Shown: positions 58,140 through 64,000 of the stretch, piece by piece
Numbering within the stretch: the first letter of the stretch is position 1
Layout: the number at the start of each line of letters is the position of its first letter
From: an uncultured delta proteobacterium
Lineage (GTDB): Bacteria > Myxococcota_A > Polyangia > Polyangiales > Polyangiaceae
Assembly: GCA_963841435.1 (NCBI GenBank)
Contig: CAWJCS010000005.1
Span: 32,001 to 96,000 of the forward strand
Length of the DNA stretch: 64,000 nt
Reading direction: 5' to 3'
Notes under the pieces: model-generated
The model's database searches: none
What the model was told of the DNA's origin: nothing
The model's input: the letters and a program-made list of their open reading frames with translations, nothing else
Program-made: the position numbers and the translations under genes

Positions 58140-58400
58140 ATGTGGAGAGGCATTCTGATCGTGTTCCTGGCGGCGGGCGCCGTTTTGGGCTTCGCGGCCG
58201 GGTTCGGCCGGCTTTGCGGGTATCACGGCTACGGCTGGCACCACGGCTTCGGCCCGGGCGGCCATATGGCCTTCGAAGATCGCGCTGCGGAGGCGTGCGT
58301 GCGCGCTGCCGAGCGCGTGATGCACGAGCAAAGGGGCGAGCCGCCGCGACCGTCACCCGCGGCGATCGAGCCGAAAGCGCCGGCGGCGCCCGCGCCGTGA
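58140..58400 (+). CDS. Small membrane protein with His/Gly-rich segment
   Basis: GGAGGT RBS; one TM; YHGYGWHHGFGPGGH. Confidence 0.7.
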   Translation: MWRGILIVFLAAGAVLGFAAGFGRLCGYHGYGWHHGFGPGGHMAFEDRAAEACVRAAERVMHEQRGEPPRPSPAAIEPKAPAAPAP

Positions 58401-58433
58401 GCGGCCCGTGACGATGGTAGGCTCGGGTACACG

Positions 58434-59117
58434 ATGACGACACGCGTGCTCGTGGTCGACGATGACGCTCGGCTCTACGAGCTCATCGAAAGCTACCTGA
58501 CGCAGAACGGAGTGAGCCCGGCGCACGCGCCGGATGGGCGCCGGGCTCTCGATCTGCTCTCGCGAGACGCGTTCGACGCCGTGCTGCTCGACGTGATGAT
58601 GCCCGGGCTCGACGGCCTCGAGGTGCTGTCGAGACTGCGCGCGCGCTGGCCGGGCCTACCCGTCATCATGCTGACGGCGAAGGGGGACGAAACCGACCGC
58701 GTCGTCGGGCTCGAGCTCGGCGCCGACGACTACCTCGCCAAGCCCTTCAGCCCGCGCGAGCTCCTGGCGCGGCTCAAGGCCGTGCTGAGACGCGCTCACC
58801 CCGACCTCGAGCGCCAGCGGCTTGCCGCAGGCGGCGTGGTGCTCGAGGTGGAGACGCGGCAGGTGCATGTCGACGGCAAGCCGGTCGAGCTCACGGGGCT
58901 CGAGTTCGACCTTCTGCTCGCGCTTTTGCGGCGCGCGGGACAGGTGGTGCCGCGCCAGAGCTTGCTTTCCCAAGCGGGTCGCGGCGACATCAACGTCAGC
59001 GACCGCACGGTCGACGTGCACATCTCGCACCTCAGGAAGAAGCTCGGCGACGATCCGCCGCGCCTCATTCGCACGGTGCGCGGTGTCGGCTACGTGCTGT
59101 CGAAGGACGGCTCGTGA
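58434..59117 (+). CDS. OmpR-family response regulator (CpxR-like)
   Basis: VLVVDDD, LLDVMMP, GADDYLAKPF, RTVDVHISHLRKKL, IRTVRGVGY. Confidence 0.95.
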   Translation: MTTRVLVVDDDARLYELIESYLTQNGVSPAHAPDGRRALDLLSRDAFDAVLLDVMMPGLDGLEVLSRLRARWPGLPVIMLTAKGDETDRVVGLELGADDYLAKPFSPRELLARLKAVLRRAHPDLERQRLAAGGVVLEVETRQVHVDGKPVELTGLEFDLLLALLRRAGQVVPRQSLLSQAGRGDINVSDRTVDVHISHLRKKLGDDPPRLIRTVRGVGYVLSKDGS

Positions 59118-60442
59118 GGGGCCACCGTAGGTTCGGTCCGGGACGACCCTTTCGTCACGGACCGCACGGTGGGCCGCACTGCGAGGTGCCGCGCCGCATG
59201 CGGCTCCAGCGCCGGCTCTTCTGGTGGTTCGGCGTGACCATTCTCTTTACGGCCATCGTGGTCGGCGGCGTCGTGAGCGCGTTCGGGCCGGGTGCGGCGC
59301 ACTATCGGGAGGATTTTGCGCGCTTCGAAGCACTCGGCCGCACGGAGCTCGCGCGTGTCTGGCACGATCCCCGAGCACGCGGCGAGCTCACACGCGGGCT
59401 CGCCCACGCCTTCCGCGCCGACGTGACGGTCACGGACGCCTCGGGCAAGCTGCTCGAGCAGGTGGGCGAGCCGTGCAACGAGGGCTACACGCTCGAGGTT
59501 CGCGACGCCCGGGGTTTTCTCGGAACGGTCCACGGTTGTGTCGGTCCACAGCGCCGCGCGCCGTTCGGCTTCGTCGTCGGCGTCGCCACGGCCGCGCTGC
59601 TCCTGTGGGCCGCGTCTGCGGCCATCGCGCGTCGGCTCACGCGTCCGCTCGCCGAGCTCGAGCGGGTCACGCGAGCCATCGGCGCCGGCGATCTCGGCGC
59701 TCGCGTTCGTCTCGGGCGTCATCAGCCCGGCGAGGTCGGCGCGCTTGCCGACTCGGTCAACGAGATGGCCGCGCGCATCGAGCACCAGCTCAAAGAGGAA
59801 CGGGAGCTACTTGCCGCCGTGTCGCACGAGATCCGAAGCCCCCTCGCGCGGCTGCGCGTGCTCGTCGAGCTTGCCGCCGGCGAGGGCACGAGCGGGACGC
59901 GGCTCGCGGAGATCGAGCGCGAGATCCTCGGCATCGACGCGCTCATCGGCAAGCTCCTCGCGTCGTCGCGCCTCGAGTTCGGCGCGCTCGCCCGTCAGAC
60001 CCTGCCCGCCGCCAACGTCGCGCGACGCGCGCTCGAGGCGGCGAGCCTGTCCGAGGGATTGCTCACGGACGAGAGCGCCGGGGCGCGCGTGGACGTGGAT
60101 CCGACGCTCGTCGGCCGGGCGCTCGGCAATCTGCTCGAGAACGCGGAGCGGCACGCCAGCGGCGTGGAGCGCCTCCTCGTCGCCCTCGACGGCGAGGCGC
60201 CCCGCGTGCGTTTCGAGGTGCTCGACCGCGGACCGGGCTTCGCCGCCGAGGCGCTGACGCGGGCCTTCGAGCCATTTTATTCTGGATCGGGTGGCGGCGC
60301 GCGGGGCGGCTCGTCCCTGGGACTCGGGTTGTCGCTCGTTTCGCGCATCGCGCGCGCCCATGGCGGCCGGGCCTTCGCCGAGAACCGCGAGGGCGGCGGC
60401 GCCAGAACCGTCCTCGAGCTACCGGTTCGAGAGACCTCGTGA
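59114..60442 (+). CDS. HAMP-domain sensor histidine kinase (CpxA-like)
   Basis: Two TM segments, HAMP, VSHEIRSPLARL, NLLENA, DRGPG, GLGLSLV. Confidence 0.93.
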   Translation: MRGHRRFGPGRPFRHGPHGGPHCEVPRRMRLQRRLFWWFGVTILFTAIVVGGVVSAFGPGAAHYREDFARFEALGRTELARVWHDPRARGELTRGLAHAFRADVTVTDASGKLLEQVGEPCNEGYTLEVRDARGFLGTVHGCVGPQRRAPFGFVVGVATAALLLWAASAAIARRLTRPLAELERVTRAIGAGDLGARVRLGRHQPGEVGALADSVNEMAARIEHQLKEERELLAAVSHEIRSPLARLRVLVELAAGEGTSGTRLAEIEREILGIDALIGKLLASSRLEFGALARQTLPAANVARRALEAASLSEGLLTDESAGARVDVDPTLVGRALGNLLENAERHASGVERLLVALDGEAPRVRFEVLDRGPGFAAEALTRAFEPFYSGSGGGARGGSSLGLGLSLVSRIARAHGGRAFAENREGGGARTVLELPVRETS

Positions 60443-60463
60443 TAGAGCCCACACGCATCGCTC

Positions 60464-61351
60464 ATGGCGACGTCGCGACGTCAGCGCGGTCTCAAGGTCG
60501 ACGTCCCGGCGGCGAGCAGCACGCCCCTGCGCCTCGGCCGGATCGGCATCATCGCCGCCGTGGGCTTTGCGATCGGCCTCGTCTGGCCCCGACTCGCAGG
60601 AGTGCGCCTCGTGCCGGAGCTGCCGGGGGCCCCGGCCTCGAGCCAGGACCTGTCGGGTGCTCCCGAGGAGGCGCCGCCTGCGGCCTCGGAGGAAAAGCTC
60701 CCCCAGGCCTCGGAAACGCCGCCCCTGCCCGACGCGCCCGAGACACAGCCACCCGTGGTCGGCGACGCTCAGGTCACGAGCTGTCGCGACGGCGGCGGCG
60801 GACGCATCCAGACCTGTGACGCCGTCGACTTCGACCGCGTCGCGCGCCCCCGCCTCGGCTCGCTCACCGACTGCGAGCCGGCCAAGGCGATCGCGGGCGT
60901 GGTCTCGGTCGGCTTCGACCTGGACTTCGGCACCGAGCGCGTGACGCGTGTGACGAGCGGCAAGGCCACCACACTCGAGCACGACGCGCTCGCGCTCCTG
61001 CTCCAGTGCTACGAGAAGAGCTTCTCGAACGTCTCCCTGGTCGGCATCCCCCACCAGCATCAACGCTACACGGTGTTCTACCGCGTGGAGCTCAAGGGCA
61101 CGGCCTCGGCGAGCCCGGAAGGCTCGGCGGACGGCGCGCCGCTCAGCATCACCCCTGCGAGTGGTACGGCTACCGTGACCTGGGACACGGCGCTCGTCCA
61201 CGCCACGCCCGAGCGCGAAAGCAAGGTGAGCGCGCGGCTGCGCTCCGGAACGCGGGTCGCCGTGACGGGCCGGAGCGGCGATTGGTATCGGGTGAAGTAC
61301 GACTCCCGCGGGCGCGAAGGCTGGGTGTTCCGCACGGCGATCGGCCTCTGA
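60464..61351 (+). CDS. Membrane-anchored protein with C-terminal bacterial SH3 domain
   Basis: TM, Pro-rich linker, Cys-containing middle domain, ARLRSGTRV.V..RSGDWYRVKY...EGWV. Confidence 0.75.
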   Translation: MATSRRQRGLKVDVPAASSTPLRLGRIGIIAAVGFAIGLVWPRLAGVRLVPELPGAPASSQDLSGAPEEAPPAASEEKLPQASETPPLPDAPETQPPVVGDAQVTSCRDGGGGRIQTCDAVDFDRVARPRLGSLTDCEPAKAIAGVVSVGFDLDFGTERVTRVTSGKATTLEHDALALLLQCYEKSFSNVSLVGIPHQHQRYTVFYRVELKGTASASPEGSADGAPLSITPASGTATVTWDTALVHATPERESKVSARLRSGTRVAVTGRSGDWYRVKYDSRGREGWVFRTAIGL

Positions 61352-61377
61352 AGGCCCCGGCCCATCCCCGTGCTAGA

Positions 61378-61731
61378 ATGAAGTGGTTGAAAGGCGACGA
61401 GCACGACGGTTCGGACGTTGCGCTGATCCACGGCAGGACGCCGGACGGCGCGGGGCTCCGCATCGTGCGCCGCCGGGAGGATCGGGTCGAGGTCGGCGCG
61501 CTGCATCCGCTGAAGCACGGCACGCCGATCGTGGGCGAGGTGGTGAGCCTCACTCCCCGACCCGACTTTCCCCTGCTCTGCGACGTCAAGGTCGAGCTGC
61601 CGGCTCCCGTACCGCAGAAAGCCGCTCCGGCACGGGTGCAGAAGGGCCCGGCGCAGGTCGCGACGGACCGCTACCGCGAGAACTGGGACCGCATCTTCGA
61701 GCCCAAGAAGAGTCCGCCGCTCCTCAACTGA
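61378..61731 (+). CDS. Small hypothetical protein (start ATG 61378 or TTG 61387)
   Basis: DVALIHG.T.DG.GL..VR.RE...GPAQVAT..YRENWDRIF; coding-like composition. Confidence 0.65.
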   Translation: MKWLKGDEHDGSDVALIHGRTPDGAGLRIVRRREDRVEVGALHPLKHGTPIVGEVVSLTPRPDFPLLCDVKVELPAPVPQKAAPARVQKGPAQVATDRYRENWDRIFEPKKSPPLLN

Positions 61732-61746
61732 GAGCGGGCCGGCGTT

Positions 61747-62955
61747 TCAGTCGGCCTGGTACACGCGCACGTAGTCAACCTCGTAGCGCACGGGGAACGT
61801 CGTGCCGCTCAAGTCGCCGCCGTTGTTGCCGCCGAGTGCGAGGTTCACGAGCAGGTACTCGGGTTGGCGAAACGGGCTGTCGCCGCCCGGATTGAGCATG
61901 TCGGCGAGATTGGACGTGTTCATCAGCTGATCGTCGAGGAAAAGGTCGATTTTGGTGTCGTCCCACACCATGGCCCACACGTGGAATTTCGACGACCAGT
62001 CGGGATCACCGAACGACGTGATGGCCTTCGTGACCGAATCCCACTTGGCCGTGTAGCGAGTGCTCGTGCCGCACGCGACATTGGCGAGCACCTTGCCCTG
62101 GTAAAATTCCATGATGTCGACCTCGCCGTTCGAGGGCCACTCGCCGCTGACGCCGAGGCTCCAGAACGCGGGCCACATGCCCGCCGACGTGGGAATGCGG
62201 CCGCGCATCTCGAAGCGACCGAACTGGAAGCTGTGCTTGCCGCGGGTGTGCAGGCTGCTCGACGTGTACTCGGCGTACTGCCGGTTCGTCTTCCAGTCGC
62301 TCGAGCCCGCCTGGTAGCTCGGGTTCGGCAAGCGCTCCTTTCGGCCCTCGATGACGAGCAGCCCGCCCTCGACGGTCGCGTTGTCAGCCTGGTAAAACTG
62401 ATCTTCTTCGTTTCTGACGAAGCCGGTTTCGAAGCTCCAGTTGGCTGGATTCGGCGGCCCGTCGACGTCGAACTCGTCGCTCCACACGAGGTGGTAGCCG
62501 GGCGGCGACGGGATGCCGCCGCCTCCGGCCGTGGCCCCCGCGGCGCCACCCATGCCGGCGCCTGCGCTGGCGGAGCCCGCGGCGCCGCCCAAACCACCCG
62601 CTGCCGAGCCGCCAGCACCGAGCCCCGCCTGACCACCGCCGCCCGCGCCGCCCGGCGCGTCGCCACCCGCACCGGAAACACCACCGCTACCGTCGCCGCC
62701 GGAACCTGCGTCGCCAGCGGTGCCAGCCGTCGCCCCGCCCACGCCGCCCTGCCCGCCGCCGGCCGCAGCGGCGGCGCCGCCGGCAGTACCGCCGGTGCTC
62801 GCGCCGCTCGTGCCGCCCGCCACCGCGGTGCCGCCCGTTTCGCCCGTGCCTCCGGCACCGCCCGTCTCGATGGTTGAAGCTCCATCCGACCCGCACCCCA
62901 CGGCGAGAAGCAGCGCGAGAAACGCGTAGCCGTGGGTCAGATCGACGCAGCGCAT
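61747..62955 (-). CDS. GH16 beta-glucanase/laminarinase-like lipoprotein with Gly-rich linker
   Basis: Lipobox AVGC; LVWSDEF, WPAFW, catalytic GEVDIME, NLALGG, VDYVRVYQ. Confidence 0.92.
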   Translation of the reverse strand: MRCVDLTHGYAFLALLLAVGCGSDGASTIETGGAGGTGETGGTAVAGGTSGASTGGTAGGAAAAAGGGQGGVGGATAGTAGDAGSGGDGSGGVSGAGGDAPGGAGGGGQAGLGAGGSAAGGLGGAAGSASAGAGMGGAAGATAGGGGIPSPPGYHLVWSDEFDVDGPPNPANWSFETGFVRNEEDQFYQADNATVEGGLLVIEGRKERLPNPSYQAGSSDWKTNRQYAEYTSSSLHTRGKHSFQFGRFEMRGRIPTSAGMWPAFWSLGVSGEWPSNGEVDIMEFYQGKVLANVACGTSTRYTAKWDSVTKAITSFGDPDWSSKFHVWAMVWDDTKIDLFLDDQLMNTSNLADMLNPGGDSPFRQPEYLLVNLALGGNNGGDLSGTTFPVRYEVDYVRVYQAD

Positions 62956-63057
62956 GTCCGGAATGTAACCGAAGACGCGAAGCGCGCCCAACGAGACCTC
63001 CTGACACAAAGGAGGAATCTGGCTAAGACGCGGTTTCAGCCAAAGCAGCAACCCGCG

Positions 63058-64000
63058 GTGTGGAAAGAGATTCGAGCGTTCGTCACCCGGCAGCGCGAAG
63101 CCTTCGTGGCGGCGTCGCCGTGGGAGCGCGCGCGGCTCGTGCTGATGGCGCTGGCCATGCTGTTCGGCATCTTCCTTCGTGCACGCGGCCAGCTCTGGTC
63201 CGTCGAACCGTTGTGGCTCGACGAGGCGAGCGGCGCGCACGATCTGCTCGGGTTGCCGCTACGCGAAATGCCGCTCCGGCCGCTCGGCTTTCTCGCTCTC
63301 ACCAAGAATCTCGCGCATTTCTTCGGGCCTAGCGAGCCCGTGCTCCGGGCGCTGCCCTGGGCCGCGGGCGTCGCCTCGGTTTGCCTCTCCCCATTGCTCG
63401 CGGCGCGCCTCTACTCCGCGCGCGGCGCGCGCCTCCTGTTCGTCGTGATCATCGCGCTGCACCCCGCGGCCATCGATCTCTCGAAGGAGTTCAAGCCCTA
63501 CTCGATCAGCCTGTTTTTGCACCTCGTGCTGGCACTCCTTGCGCTGCGCTACGCCGACGAGCGGCGCACGGGGGATCTCGCTTGGGCGCTCGCTTTCGCG
63601 ATCTTCGGCACGTTCTACGCGCAGGACATCGCCTTCGCCTACCCCGGCTTCTTCTTGCTCCTGCTCGGCGCGACGCGCGGCTCTCGTCCCCACCGTTCGG
63701 CCGTGCTCGCAGGGGGCGCGCTCACGGTCGCAGTGCTCGTCGGCGAGTACTTCTTTCTCTGGAGAACGCTCTCGGAGCCCGCAGAAAGCGCATTCTGGGG
63801 CGACAAGTACGGCGTGTTCCATCGCGCCGGCAGCGGAAGCTACCTCGGCTGGTGGTACCCGCGGCAGCTCGACCTGTTCGCCTTCGCCGGCTACCGGCGG
63901 GCCGTGTGGCGCGCGCCCTGGCCGGACCGCAGCACGCTCCGGGCGCTCGCCGAGGTCGATCGAACGATCTGGGTGGCGCTCGTCTTCGCCGGGCTCGTGA
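63058..64000 (+). CDS. GT-C fold (ArnT/PMT, family 39-like) glycosyltransferase, 3'-truncated; absent from the ORF track
   Basis: Frame open from GTG 63058 to the window end: LWLDE, RPLGF, E.VLR.LP, SKEFKPYS, multiple TM segments. Confidence 0.75.
   Translation, partial: MWKEIRAFVTRQREAFVAASPWERARLVLMALAMLFGIFLRARGQLWSVEPLWLDEASGAHDLLGLPLREMPLRPLGFLALTKNLAHFFGPSEPVLRALPWAAGVASVCLSPLLAARLYSARGARLLFVVIIALHPAAIDLSKEFKPYSISLFLHLVLALLALRYADERRTGDLAWALAFAIFGTFYAQDIAFAYPGFFLLLLGATRGSRPHRSAVLAGGALTVAVLVGEYFFLWRTLSEPAESAFWGDKYGVFHRAGSGSYLGWWYPRQLDLFAFAGYRRAVWRAPWPDRSTLRALAEVDRTIWVALVFAGLV

Overview
A very GC-rich bacterial window, almost entirely coding. Gene content points to a myxobacterium, probably Polyangiaceae/Sorangiineae (inference from Gly-rich-linker lipoproteins, Cys-rich repeat proteins, Hanks-type kinases, ECF/TPR cassettes and DUF1592/DUF1552). 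Housekeeping genes (dapA-dapB, rsmB-rseP, secA, a GldAFG-like ABC operon, a Cpx-like two-component module) are interspersed with accessory loci. The accessory loci are: (i) a ~12 kb polysaccharide-utilisation-like cluster using porin-type barrels rather than SusC/D; (ii) two ECF-sigma / TPR anti-sigma / small OM-barrel / lipoprotein cassettes, each beside a CxxCH-containing DUF1588 gene; (iii) a membrane Ser/Thr kinase co-oriented with a TPR-PEGA-TonB-dependent receptor. Non-coding finds: an identical bipartite motif CCGACCC-N16-CCCAT before both the second ECF sigma and the divergent DUF1592-DUF1552 operon (candidate ECF promoter); a sigma54 promoter followed by a three-hairpin ~130 nt sRNA candidate; a 197 bp MITE-like element with perfect 14 bp TIRs and a CTAG duplication; and many -10 boxes 6-10 nt from start codons. 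secA and a GH3 gene each carry a single-base +1 frameshift (a porin possibly too), most likely sequencing errors. No tRNA, rRNA or CRISPR array was seen. All family assignments come from motif recognition by eye; no database searches were run.
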